Shown here one piece after another: positions 1 to 9,225 of a stretch of DNA of 36,739 nt (the stretch's first letter is position 1; each line of letters begins with the position of its first letter). The stretch is from Candidatus Altiarchaeota archaeon (GTDB taxonomy: Archaea > Altiarchaeota > Altiarchaeia > IMC4 > SCGC-AAA252-I15): contig JAZDNF010000014.1 of NCBI GenBank assembly GCA_043800255.1, forward strand, positions 1 through 36,739, given 5' to 3'. Made by a program: the position numbers and the translations under genes. Under the pieces are notes generated by a model. It did not search any database, had not been told where the DNA came from, and saw nothing but the letters and a program-made list of their open reading frames with translations.

Positions 1-1137
1 GACTTCTCCACCGTATTCTAGGTCTTTGCCGTGCTCTAACTTGACGTTTGATGTCGTATCATAGACTATCAAAGACGCTGTCGCTACCTGATCTGCTTCC
101 TCAGCGTAGATACCAGCAATCTCAATATCATCCACAATACCGTTCGCCATCTTCGAAACCTGGGCCTGCACAACAGTCCCGTCAGGCTTCTCAATATCAA
201 GCAATATTCCGGCAACCTGGAACTCCGCACTGTAAATCAGATGGTCAATCTTGAACTTATACCCAAGATACTCGCTCGTATAACCTTCACTGGATATGTC
301 ATCCAAGACCTTACCCTTAGCCAGGTAAATCTCATCATTGCTCTTAATGTCCTTAACATAGTACTCCTCACCAAACAGGATGAACTTGCCCCTCCACTCG
401 AAATCAACAGCAGAAGCAGCATCATCACCAATCAAAGACATCGGAACATCATCAGTATCAACGATGTAATCGACTGTCTTCTTTTGGAGTTTGAGCACTA
501 GGCTCTCTGCGTCATCCCTGTAGAGTCCGTACTCGTACCAGGTCATGTTGCTGTAGTCTACGAAGATTGACTCCTCGAAATCGTGTGAGGGGTTCTCCAG
601 AGACGTCAGACAGAGGGTGGCACAGAATAGGCAGTGCACGTTGTTGTACGTGGCTTCCTGCAGTATTCCTGATTCAGCTCTCTGCTGTGTGTCACATGCC
701 AGGCTGTAGGATATGAATTCCCCTGGCTGATACCTTGGGGCATCAGTGTGGAATGTCAATCCTATGTTGTCATCGTAGAAGGCGGTGCTCAGTGTGCCCA
801 GGGAAGCAGCATTCTGCTTGAATTTTCCTGTGGCTCCTAATGCAGAGACGCCTATGGTCACCTGACCTGCAGCCTCTCCTGAAACGCCTACTTCCGTAGA
901 CTTCGTGGCATACGCCAAATTTCCAACAGTTGCAGCGATATTACCAGCCGCAACAGCATCAGTGGCCATACCCTTCTCTCCCACCACAATCTGGACCATC
1001 GGATTATAGTCCGCATCGTAGAAGAAGTCCTTAGTAAGACCACTCGTGTCCAAACCAGCACTAACAGCTCCAGACAATGCTGCGCCCAGCATAATAGCGC
1101 CTGTAGCAATCGTGCCGATTCCTCTCAGACTTTTCAT
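1..1137 (-). CDS. S-layer family surface protein (hamus-subunit-like candidate), 3' end beyond window
   Basis: My translation from ATG 1137 stays open to position 1: MKSLRGIGTIATGAIMLGAALSGAVSA (signal peptide), then GLDTSGLTKDFFYDADYNPMVQIVVGEKGMATDAVAAGNIAATVGNLAY, matching the S_layer_N pattern (IVVG..A..D...A..IAA). Acidic, beta-rich remainder; GGAGGT SD upstream. Confidence 0.85.
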   Translation of the reverse strand, partial: MKSLRGIGTIATGAIMLGAALSGAVSAGLDTSGLTKDFFYDADYNPMVQIVVGEKGMATDAVAAGNIAATVGNLAYATKSTEVGVSGEAAGQVTIGVSALGATGKFKQNAASLGTLSTAFYDDNIGLTFHTDAPRYQPGEFISYSLACDTQQRAESGILQEATYNNVHCLFCATLCLTSLENPSHDFEESIFVDYSNMTWYEYGLYRDDAESLVLKLQKKTVDYIVDTDDVPMSLIGDDAASAVDFEWRGKFILFGEEYYVKDIKSNDEIYLAKGKVLDDISSEGYTSEYLGYKFKIDHLIYSAEFQVAGILLDIEKPDGTVVQAQVSKMANGIVDDIEIAGIYAEEADQVATASLIVYDTTSNVKLEHGKDLEYGGEV

Positions 1138-1145
1138 ATCTTTTT

Positions 1146-1151
1146 ACCTCC
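1146..1151 (-). promoter_or_regulatory. Shine-Dalgarno of the S-layer gene
   Basis: GGAGGT 8 nt upstream of ATG 1137. Confidence 0.8.
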
Positions 1152-1216
1152 TTTGTTTATTGTTATAAATGGTTCAGGATATACCCTGAACGGCATCTAT
1201 GTATTAAGTATCAGTG

Positions 1217-1225
1217 TATATATAA
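1217..1225 (-). promoter_or_regulatory. Candidate TATA box of the S-layer gene
   Basis: TTATATATA on the minus strand in AT-rich intergenic DNA. Confidence 0.55.
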
Positions 1226-1268
1226 CTACAGTCGAACAGAATGGCAGTTTCCCTTAGTTTAGTCAAAT

Positions 1269-1310
1269 AAGGTTCGATAGACCTTCTTTTTTCTAAAAAA
1301 GGTTCGATAG
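1269..1310. repeat. 12-bp direct repeat AAGGTTCGATAG x2 (30-bp period) with overlapping hairpins
   Basis: Copies at 1269-1280 and 1299-1310; ACCTT at 1281-1285 is complementary to the AAGGT of either copy. Confidence 0.8.
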
Positions 1311-1319
1311 GACGTATAT

Positions 1320-2294
1320 TCATGAGAAAACCCATTCTTTCAATTTAATCCAATTCCGCCTGCCCTGTTTCCTCCGTTCCACGATATTCCGCCTCTCAAG
1401 ACGCTTCATAATATCAGACAAGGAAGCCTTTGGTATATGCGTTGTATTATAGATTGAAGCCTGGGTTATCTCATCCTCAGCCTCCTCCAGGATTCTGACA
1501 ATCCTGAGCTCGTTCTCCCCGTCAAGCATGTTTATGACAGAATCCTTGACCTTCCGGCGTCCGGCTTCTTCGGTCTTCTGCGCCGGCTCAGCAGGCTTTG
1601 GCTCGTCTGCTTTCGTTTCGACAGCCTTTTCCTGGGGCTTTGAGTCGGCAGCCGTAGTCTTCCTAGACAGGCTCCTCCTTATGATTAGGATCAGGACGGA
1701 TACTATGAAAAGAACGAAAACCGCTACTGGGATAAAACTGCTGTCCGGTCGGAGGGACATCCCCTCGCCGCTGAACGTATAGTTCAAGGTGAAGTTAAAG
1801 TGGTCTGTTTCAGGGTAAACGTAGATTCCGTTGACCTCAGGGCTGAAAGGCACCTTAGGCTCCCACTCTATGATGGTCGAATTCGTAGGCAAGCCTATCT
1901 TTACAATCGTCCTGCTGGGAGTCGTCGGAATGGAGAATCTCAGAGTCCAAACGTCCTTGCTCTTCCCAGTGATGTAGGAACTCTCATAGCTTAAGGTCAG
2001 CTCCCGGTTCCTGTCTTGGAATGATGAAAAGTACAGTTTCAGCAGATTAAAGCCGTCTGAGGGCTCGATCTCGTAGCTGACAGAATTTGTCGGGTCAACA
2101 ACCCTGACATTTTCAACGTCTGAGGGTATGGCAACCGTGTCCTCTTTGGCATAGCCCGGTACGATAATCTTCTCCTCTATGCTAACGTGACCGCTATTAT
2201 CGACCTGTGCGTTGTAGTTGGATATTACCGCCGCCTCACAGTAGGATGAGAGTGCCAAAAAAGCCAAGAATACTTGAAAGCCGGGGTATCTCAT
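1320..2294 (-). CDS. Membrane-anchored winged-helix transcriptional regulator (COG2512-like)
   Basis: Signal peptide, extracellular beta-rich domain, TM helix (FIPVAVFVLFIVSVLILII), charged linker, C-terminal wHTH (ITQASIYNTTHIPKASLSDIMKRLERRNIVERRKQGRRNWI). Confidence 0.8.
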   Translation of the reverse strand: MRYPGFQVFLAFLALSSYCEAAVISNYNAQVDNSGHVSIEEKIIVPGYAKEDTVAIPSDVENVRVVDPTNSVSYEIEPSDGFNLLKLYFSSFQDRNRELTLSYESSYITGKSKDVWTLRFSIPTTPSRTIVKIGLPTNSTIIEWEPKVPFSPEVNGIYVYPETDHFNFTLNYTFSGEGMSLRPDSSFIPVAVFVLFIVSVLILIIRRSLSRKTTAADSKPQEKAVETKADEPKPAEPAQKTEEAGRRKVKDSVINMLDGENELRIVRILEEAEDEITQASIYNTTHIPKASLSDIMKRLERRNIVERRKQGRRNWIKLKEWVFS

Positions 2295-2322
2295 GTTATA
2301 TAATTGATGATTCTATAAAATA

Positions 2323-2823
2323 TCAGCCGTCTAGGAGCCGCTTGTATGCTTTAGCCCGTTCGTCCTCTTTAAGCATCGACAGAATCCTCGTGGAAAGGCT
2401 CTGGCTTATTTCGCTGGCGTCGGCGAGAATCGACTGCATCTCATCCATGTTCAGTGTTACCCCTTCGGGCTCTATCAGCTCTATCGCAGACGGGCCGTAC
2501 CGCATAACTATGTTCAGAAACCACCTGAAATCCCTTGCCAGGAGCCTGACCTCGACAACGCCGGAGTAGAACTTCTTTGCCTTGTCCTCCTGGAGCTCGT
2601 ACATTTTGACCTCCAGCAGGTCCATGTTCGGCTCAGAACCCATCCTGTTGAATATCATGTTCTTGAGGGCCGTCTCAGATGCCTCTCTGTCATTGCCCTG
2701 AACCTCCAGGAAAAGCCGTCCAAGCACTGCCCCCTCTTTCAGCCTGCCGTCTATGTCGAGGTTCTCGTTGAATGTCTTCTCGAGTATTGGTTTGTCGCTC
2801 ACGGTATTAATTATCCCTGACAA
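2323..2823 (-). CDS. Conserved archaeal hypothetical protein (start may be GTG 2802)
   Basis: Protein-like ORF with a YGPSAIELIEP motif I recognise from uncharacterised archaeal proteins. Confidence 0.7.
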   Translation of the reverse strand: MSGIINTVSDKPILEKTFNENLDIDGRLKEGAVLGRLFLEVQGNDREASETALKNMIFNRMGSEPNMDLLEVKMYELQEDKAKKFYSGVVEVRLLARDFRWFLNIVMRYGPSAIELIEPEGVTLNMDEMQSILADASEISQSLSTRILSMLKEDERAKAYKRLLDG

Positions 2824-2832
2824 TAGATAAAT

Positions 2833-3267
2833 ATGAAACCCGTATCAGACATCAGGCTCAGATGGTATGATGACACAAGGCTGCAGGAGGACAGCCCGAG
2901 GAAGCTGATCGAGATTTTCCTGGAGTCCGTTGGGATAAGCTCGGAGACCGCGACAGACATGCTGGAGGCCCTGTTCATCGCGAAATCGGAGGGCAGAAGC
3001 CTTACTACCTCCGAGATAAAGTCCATGGTAGAGGATATGAGGGGGAAACGGAAGGCGCCGGGGGGCCTTACCGAGCGGAACATCCAGATATGGCTTAAAT
3101 ACTTCAGGGACATAAAGCTTGTGGGCAGGGTGAAGAGCAGGCACATGTTCCTCAACAACAGGCTGCCGAGCGAGCTGTTCGACGACTACACCAGAGCGAT
3201 AATCGATGAGAGCGTGTCCTACACCATAAGAAGCCTGCAGAAGATCGAGAAAGCCTATGACCTATAA
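2833..3267 (+). CDS. Hypothetical protein, probable winged-helix fold
   Basis: LTTSEI...LTERNIQIWLKYFRDIKLVGRVKSRHM resembles a wHTH; overlaps the ttuA start. Confidence 0.65.
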   Translation: MKPVSDIRLRWYDDTRLQEDSPRKLIEIFLESVGISSETATDMLEALFIAKSEGRSLTTSEIKSMVEDMRGKRKAPGGLTERNIQIWLKYFRDIKLVGRVKSRHMFLNNRLPSELFDDYTRAIIDESVSYTIRSLQKIEKAYDL

Positions 3268-4198
3268 GTGCACAAAGTGCGGTAAAGGCAAGCCGATAAT
3301 AGAGTTGAGATATAACAGGCAGACCCTGTGCAAAAGCTGCTTTAACGAGCTCTTTGAGAGGAGAGTCAGGAGGACAATAAGGAAGGGCAGGCTGCTGGAG
3401 CCAACTGACAAGGTTGCTGTCGGATTATCAGGGGGGAAGGATTCTACAGTCACTTTACACATGCTGAAAAAGCTGACGTCCAGGATGCCAAAATCCAGCC
3501 TTGCTGCCATAATAGTTGACGAGGGCATCAGAGGATACAGGGGAGCGGCTATTAAGGCTGCGAAGAGGGTCTGCGAGGCTGAGGATGTGGGATATCACAT
3601 CTTCTCCGTGAAGGACGAGTACGGCCTCACCATGGACCAGATAGCAAAAAAAGACAGGAACGTGCCTGCCTGCAGTTACTGCGGCGTCATAAGGAGGAGA
3701 ATCCTGAACGACAAGGCGAGGGCGTTAGGATGCGACAGGATGGCGACAGGCCACAACCTCGACGACGAGATACAGACCACGTTGATGAACATCATAAGGG
3801 GGGACATTAGGAGGATAGCGAGGATGGGCTCCTCGGTGGGAGTCATTAAGAACAACAAGTTCGTCCAGAGGATTAAGCCTCTGAGAGAAACGCCTGAGAA
3901 GGAGAGTGCAGTCTACGCTCTTGTTAACGGCCTTGGCGCTGAATTCTCGGAATGCCCTTACTCTTATGACGCTTTCAGGAAGACCGTGAGGGACGCGCTC
4001 AACAACATCGAAGAAAAGCATCCGGGAAGCAAGTTCCAGCTTCTGAGGACAACCGATGAACTGATTGGGCTGACTAGAATGCAGTACGACTTCAAGGTTG
4101 GGCCAGGCCTCTGTGAAAAATGCGGCGAACCTGCAGCTGAAAAAGTCTGTAAGACCTGCCAGATGGTCGAAAGGATTAAGACGATGAGCTCATCGTAG
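3257..4198 (+). CDS. ttuA: tRNA 2-thiolation protein TtuA/Ncs6 (TIGR00269 family)
   Basis: N- and C-terminal CxxC zinc fingers, PP-loop SGGKDS, CSYC, GHNLDD. Confidence 0.9.
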   Translation: MTYKCTKCGKGKPIIELRYNRQTLCKSCFNELFERRVRRTIRKGRLLEPTDKVAVGLSGGKDSTVTLHMLKKLTSRMPKSSLAAIIVDEGIRGYRGAAIKAAKRVCEAEDVGYHIFSVKDEYGLTMDQIAKKDRNVPACSYCGVIRRRILNDKARALGCDRMATGHNLDDEIQTTLMNIIRGDIRRIARMGSSVGVIKNNKFVQRIKPLRETPEKESAVYALVNGLGAEFSECPYSYDAFRKTVRDALNNIEEKHPGSKFQLLRTTDELIGLTRMQYDFKVGPGLCEKCGEPAAEKVCKTCQMVERIKTMSSS

Positions 4199-4402
4199 GT
4201 TCCGCATGCCGATTATCATGAGCACTATCCCCACGGCGGTTGCGATGCTGTCCCCTATAAGCCATTTGACGACATAGTGCCCTTCGATGAACAGCCTGTT
4301 AAGCTCGTGCGACACTTTGACCATCTGCACGTAGAATACCATGTAAAAGATTACAGAGGATATGAATACCTGAATCCACCCCCACGTTTTCCTGTTCATC
4401 AC
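4190..4402 (-). CDS. Small two-TM membrane protein
   Basis: Two hydrophobic segments; start overlaps the hel308 stop. Confidence 0.6.
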   Translation of the reverse strand: MMNRKTWGWIQVFISSVIFYMVFYVQMVKVSHELNRLFIEGHYVVKWLIGDSIATAVGIVLMIIGMRNLR

Positions 4403-6471
4403 AGCTCCTCCAGTATGCTCTCAGAGACCTTCTTGCCGAGTATCTCGTCCAATAATCTTCTGTCAGCCTTCTTTATGTCGTCAGGCGTCCTTATGCCCCT
4501 GTCATAGAGCCTGCGGGCCCTCGCCCTGCCGATGCCTCTGATGCTGACAAGAGGTATCAGCTCCTTCCGTATGCCGTATCTCACCCTGAGGCCGAGCTTC
4601 TTGAGCTCCACGACAGATTTCCTCAGCTTTCTTATCCTCGCCACCTCCCCCGCAGAATAGCACAGCCAGTCTATTATCTGAACCCTCTGGTACAGCTGCC
4701 CCGGGGCGACGTTGTACTTTTCGAGCAGGAGGTCTTCGGACTTCTCGTCAACCCAGTCCTCGAACATTCTTGCGGTTTTGAACCTGTTCAAGAAAGTCCA
4801 GTCCAGGTCGAAGCCTCCCAGATCCCTGAGCATCTTATCCTCTAGGCTGTACGCTTCGCTCCACAGGGCGGATTCTTCCGACGATTTCACCCTTAGATGG
4901 GGCATCTCAGCTGCATCGGAGAGTATCTCCAACAGCGAGATTGCGTCGAACTTGGACCTCGCTTCCGACTCCTCCAGCATCCTCACATAGTTGTAAGCTG
5001 TGAGAGGGTCTATGTAAAGCTCGGAGACCCTTGCCCCAAGCTCTGTCGGAATGAGAAAGCGGCCGTTCCTTAGGATAAGGCCCCAACCTATCAGGTCGTC
5101 TATTATCTTCTGCACCGTCTCCTCGAACTCCCTGTCGAACCCGAACTGATGGCCGAAGAATGTTGAGGAGAAAAACTCCAGCAGGGCCTCGAATGTTCTC
5201 GTGTATGCCGACGCCACGGAAGCCAGCGTGTGGAATCTGAGCGTCGGCTCAACCCCCAACTGGGAGTGGATGTCCTCAGGCACTCCGTTCACGTAATGCT
5301 CCACTATGAACTCACTCTCAGATTCGTTCTTGGCCAGGGTGAGTGCGTTCCCAAATGAGTCGAACTTCGGGCGGCCGGCCCTTCCAGCCTGCTGCTTGTA
5401 CTCGAGAACGGGGATATAATGCAGACCGTCTACGCTGTACCTTTTGACGTCCCTCAGTATCACGGTCCTCGACGGGAGGTTCACGCCCGCGGCAAGGGTC
5501 GGAGTTGCGACGATAACCCTTATCAACCCGGCCTTGAAAGCATCCTCAACGAGGATTCTCTGATTGTTTACCAGGCCGGCATGATGGAATGCGACCCCCA
5601 TTTTAACGCAGTCAGAAAGGCGCCTGCACTGCTGGGTGGGACTGCCTATCGAGGAGACTATATCGTCTGAAAGCCTCTGGAGGGCTTCTGAGTCCAACTG
5701 CAGCTTCAGGCCTGCTCCCAGCTTTTCTGCGACAGATTCAGCGCTCTTTCTGGAGTTCACGAACACCATCACCTGACCGCCCTCCGCCAGGTTTTCTTTT
5801 ACATTGTCCTTAAGCCCTTCGAAGCCGCTGGAGACAAGCACCTTCTCGTCAAGGGGGACTGGACGCCAGCTCGATTGGACTAGTTCTGCATTAAGCCATT
5901 CAGCCAGCTCGGATGCGTTCCCAATCGTTGCCGAAAGCCCCAATATCTGCAGTGTGGGGAACATCCGCCTCAGCTTTGCTATCATTATCTCATACACTGG
6001 GCCTCGGTCGGATGAGATCATATGAATCTCGTCCATAACAAGCAGCGAGACATTGGAGAACCACTCCGGTTTGACCCGCAGGATTGAATCGCATTTTTCG
6101 GCTGTTGCAACGAGTATGTCAAAATCAAGCAGGCCTTTGTATTTCCTCGAATCCAGGTCCCCAACCTCCAGCCGCACCTTGAATCCCATGCCATCGTATT
6201 TTTTGAAGTCCCTGTATTTTTCAAAGGCAAGCGCACGCAGGGGGACGATATAGACCACACGCTTCCCGCTTTCCAATGCCTTGACCATGCCAAGCTCTGC
6301 TGTGAACGTCTTCCCAGACGCCGTTGGAGTGCACAAGACTATGCTCTTCCCCTCCAGCAGCCCATGGCGTACGGCATCCTCCTGAGGGGGGTAAAGCTGC
6401 GATATGCCCTCAGAGCTGAAGGCTTCGACGAACCGTTTCCCAATGTTTATGTCACTTACCTGCATCCTCAA
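4399..6471 (-). CDS. hel308: Ski2-like ATP-dependent DNA helicase Hel308/Hjm
   Basis: PTASGKT, DEIH, HHAGL, TPTLAAGVNLP, QAGRAGRP, C-terminal HhH (IRGIGRARAR). Confidence 0.93.
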   Translation of the reverse strand: MRMQVSDINIGKRFVEAFSSEGISQLYPPQEDAVRHGLLEGKSIVLCTPTASGKTFTAELGMVKALESGKRVVYIVPLRALAFEKYRDFKKYDGMGFKVRLEVGDLDSRKYKGLLDFDILVATAEKCDSILRVKPEWFSNVSLLVMDEIHMISSDRGPVYEIMIAKLRRMFPTLQILGLSATIGNASELAEWLNAELVQSSWRPVPLDEKVLVSSGFEGLKDNVKENLAEGGQVMVFVNSRKSAESVAEKLGAGLKLQLDSEALQRLSDDIVSSIGSPTQQCRRLSDCVKMGVAFHHAGLVNNQRILVEDAFKAGLIRVIVATPTLAAGVNLPSRTVILRDVKRYSVDGLHYIPVLEYKQQAGRAGRPKFDSFGNALTLAKNESESEFIVEHYVNGVPEDIHSQLGVEPTLRFHTLASVASAYTRTFEALLEFFSSTFFGHQFGFDREFEETVQKIIDDLIGWGLILRNGRFLIPTELGARVSELYIDPLTAYNYVRMLEESEARSKFDAISLLEILSDAAEMPHLRVKSSEESALWSEAYSLEDKMLRDLGGFDLDWTFLNRFKTARMFEDWVDEKSEDLLLEKYNVAPGQLYQRVQIIDWLCYSAGEVARIRKLRKSVVELKKLGLRVRYGIRKELIPLVSIRGIGRARARRLYDRGIRTPDDIKKADRRLLDEILGKKVSESILEEL

Positions 6472-6961
6472 TCATCAGTTGCTCCAATTTTAGTCTGGAA
6501 CTCGGCTTCGGCTTCTCCTTCGGAAAGCCGATGGCTAAGACAGCCATCAGCTCAAGAGTGCTGCCGACTCCCAGCATCTCGTTGACCTTCTCCTTCCTGT
6601 TCAGGATTTCGCCAAGCCATACTGCCCCTAAGCCTAAAGAGTGTGCCTCAAGGAGCATGTTCTGGATACAGGCTCCAACAGCCTGGACATCCTTTGTCCT
6701 GTCATATCCTGAATCCGCGTCAAAGTAGACTGCTATGCACAATGGAGCAGCCAGTATGATGCCCCCGTATTTCGTGCACTTTGAGACTGCCTCCCTCCTC
6801 GTAGGGTCTTTCAGCATCAGGAACCTCCACGGCTGGTTGTTCAAGCCTGATGGAGCCCACCGTCCAGCCTCCAGTATCTTAGCAGCCAGAGAGTCGTTGA
6901 CCTCCCTGTCCTCGAATGCCCTAACACTCCTCCTCGATTGAATAGTCTCTAGAATCTCCAA
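6452..6961 (-). CDS. Nitroreductase family protein
   Basis: RRSVRAF, APSGLNNQPWRF, QNMLLEAHSLGLGAVW. Confidence 0.92.
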   Translation of the reverse strand: MEILETIQSRRSVRAFEDREVNDSLAAKILEAGRWAPSGLNNQPWRFLMLKDPTRREAVSKCTKYGGIILAAPLCIAVYFDADSGYDRTKDVQAVGACIQNMLLEAHSLGLGAVWLGEILNRKEKVNEMLGVGSTLELMAVLAIGFPKEKPKPSSRLKLEQLMIEDAGK

Positions 6962-6965
6962 TTTC

Positions 6966-7457
6966 TTACTTCCTGAGCTGGCTTTTAACGTAGGGTATCA
7001 GGCCGCCGTCATCCATAAGCTTCGCCAGAAAATCGGGCATAGGCTTGAACCCATAATCTTTTCTGTTGGATACGTCGTGGATTACTCCGTTCTTGAAGTC
7101 GACTTCAACGGTGTCGCCCTCCCTGGAGGATACCTTGCACTCAACCAGCGGGAGGCCCAAGTTTATAGAGTTTCGGTAGAATATCCTGGCAAAGGATTCT
7201 GCGATGACACAGGATATGCCAAGACCAAGCAATGCCTTGGGAGCGTGCTCCCTGCTGCTCCCGCATCCGAAATTTTTGCCGCTGACTATGATATCGCCTT
7301 TCTTAACAGTTTTAGTGAACTCGGGCCTCACCTTCTCGAAAGCGTGAGCAGCCAGAAACCTGTTATCAGCGGAAACAAGGTATTCTGCAGGTATGATCTG
7401 GTCAGTGTCAACATTGTCCCCAAAACGCCATACCCTGCCCATTATCCTGGATTTCAT
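6966..7457 (-). CDS. leuD: 3-isopropylmalate dehydratase small subunit
   Basis: DNVDTDQIIP, NFGCGSSREHA; the YLVS loop resembles IPMI (YLVY) rather than homoaconitase (YLRT). Confidence 0.88.
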   Translation of the reverse strand: MKSRIMGRVWRFGDNVDTDQIIPAEYLVSADNRFLAAHAFEKVRPEFTKTVKKGDIIVSGKNFGCGSSREHAPKALLGLGISCVIAESFARIFYRNSINLGLPLVECKVSSREGDTVEVDFKNGVIHDVSNRKDYGFKPMPDFLAKLMDDGGLIPYVKSQLRK

Positions 7458-7518
7458 GGTATATAATAGCCTGAAGAATAAAAGAATAGACTTTTATATA
7501 TAGGATATTATTGGTTAA

Positions 7519-7923
7519 TTGAGAATGGAAAGAAAACAGGTTCAGAGGGTATTGGTTTCCGCCTTTGCCGGAATTGTCGCAGGTATTGCGACACGCTTGA
7601 TTCTTCACAGCCAGTCCATGCAACTTATCCCTCATCTGATTGGCTTATATGTTTTCTATGGACTTCTGGGAGTGTATTTTTATACGATAATACCCTGCGT
7701 CCATGGGAACAGAAGAGAGGAGATGATTGTCGGCCTTTTGCTAGGTGTCCTAGCATCTTCTAAGACCATCTCAGGCATTATTCTCTCAATTTCCATCCCA
7801 CTGGGGACAATACCGGGTTTGGGAGGGATACCGATAGCCAGTATGATCGGCGAGATGGTAACAACCATACTTGAGATAACTGTCGGGTTTATAGCAGTGG
7901 CTGAGACGTACCGTAAGCTTTAG
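7519..7923 (+). CDS. Hypothetical four-TM membrane protein (ATG likely 7525)
   Basis: Hydrophobic ORF filling the leuD-leuC gap, with an AT-rich TATA-containing upstream region. Confidence 0.7.
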   Translation: MRMERKQVQRVLVSAFAGIVAGIATRLILHSQSMQLIPHLIGLYVFYGLLGVYFYTIIPCVHGNRREEMIVGLLLGVLASSKTISGIILSISIPLGTIPGLGGIPIASMIGEMVTTILEITVGFIAVAETYRKL

Positions 7924-9167
7924 AGTCTGTTCGGGTCTGTGATTTTTCCTTTTAGTGCGCTTGCCGCAACGACTGCGGGATTGGCCAAGTACACTTTCGA
8001 GTTCTTGTGTCCCATCCTGCCTATGAAGTTTCTGTTGGTGCTTGACACGCACACTTCGCCTTCGGCGAGGACGCCCATGTAGCCTCCGAGGCAGGCTCCG
8101 CATGTGGGTCCGGAGACGTATGCGTCAGCTTTCATGAAAACGTCCAACAGCCCTTCGCGCATGGCCTGCTCGTATATTCTCTTAGAGGCTGGGACCACGA
8201 TCATCCTCACCCGGGGATGAATCGTCTTGCCCTTGATTATTTTGGCTGCAATTCTCAGGTCTTCTATCCTTCCGTTCGTGCAGCTTCCCAGGTAAGCCTG
8301 GTCTATTCTGACGTTCAGGTCCTTGGCTGGGATAGTGTTCTCAGGCAGGAAAGGCTGGGCTACCGTGCAGGGAATCTTGTTGAGGTCATATTCGAAAGTC
8401 TCACAGTAGACAGCATCCTTGTCAGCTCCGACCTTCTCGTATTTACCCCTGACTCTCCCTTTGAGATAGGCGTCGACCTTCTTGTCTGCGGGGAAGATGC
8501 CAGCCTTCCCGCCGGCCTCGATCGCCATGTTCGCTATCGTTATTCTGTCAGGGAGGCTCAGATGCCTTATCGCATCGCCATGATATTCCATGGCCTTGTA
8601 CAAGGATCCTGAGACTCCGATGTCGCCTATGATGTGCAGTATTATGTCCTTTCCCATGACCCATTTCTTAGGCTTCCCGTTGAGGATGAACTTCTGGGTC
8701 TCGGGAACCTTGAACCATAATTTTCCCAACGCCATGACAGCGGCAGCCTCGGTCGAGCCGATGCCGGTTGCAAAGCACCCTAACGCGCCGTAGGTGCACG
8801 TGTGGCTGTCGGCTCCCACGATAAGCCTCCCTGGGGCTGCGAAACCCTCCTCTATCATGAGCTGGTGGCATACGCCGCCCCTGCCGACCTCAAAATAGTT
8901 CCTGACCTTGTACCTTTCGGCAAAAGTTTTCATAGCCTTCGCCTGCTCTGCTGAGGCTACGTCCTTGTTCGGCACATAGTGGTCCGGTATGAGGACTACT
9001 GTATCCTTTCTCGGCTTTGTCTTGAACTGCTCGAAGGCCTTGAAGGCCGGGAGCCCGGTAACATCGTTTACCATGACATAGTCAACGCTGGCTTCCACGA
9101 TGTCGCCAGGGGTTACTGACTTTTTTCCTGCCTTCTCCGCCAGAATCTTCTCTGAAATGGTGGCCAT
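7920..9167 (-). CDS. leuC: 3-isopropylmalate dehydratase large subunit (LeuC/HacA family)
   Basis: DSHTCT, GSCTNGR, CGACLG, STNRNF Fe-S motifs. Confidence 0.88.
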   Translation of the reverse strand: MATISEKILAEKAGKKSVTPGDIVEASVDYVMVNDVTGLPAFKAFEQFKTKPRKDTVVLIPDHYVPNKDVASAEQAKAMKTFAERYKVRNYFEVGRGGVCHQLMIEEGFAAPGRLIVGADSHTCTYGALGCFATGIGSTEAAAVMALGKLWFKVPETQKFILNGKPKKWVMGKDIILHIIGDIGVSGSLYKAMEYHGDAIRHLSLPDRITIANMAIEAGGKAGIFPADKKVDAYLKGRVRGKYEKVGADKDAVYCETFEYDLNKIPCTVAQPFLPENTIPAKDLNVRIDQAYLGSCTNGRIEDLRIAAKIIKGKTIHPRVRMIVVPASKRIYEQAMREGLLDVFMKADAYVSGPTCGACLGGYMGVLAEGEVCVSSTNRNFIGRMGHKNSKVYLANPAVVAASALKGKITDPNRL

Positions 9168-9225
9168 AATAGTCTTGATTTTTATTTATTAGCGCAGATA
9201 ATAAATAACCTCCAGTTTGGGTGAT

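Noticed and set aside
48-1109. Short ORFs listed in the first 1.1 kb
   Set aside because: All lie within the long minus-strand S-layer frame.
1269-1310. Possible mini-CRISPR
   Set aside because: Only two 12-bp units with an 18-bp spacer and no cas genes.
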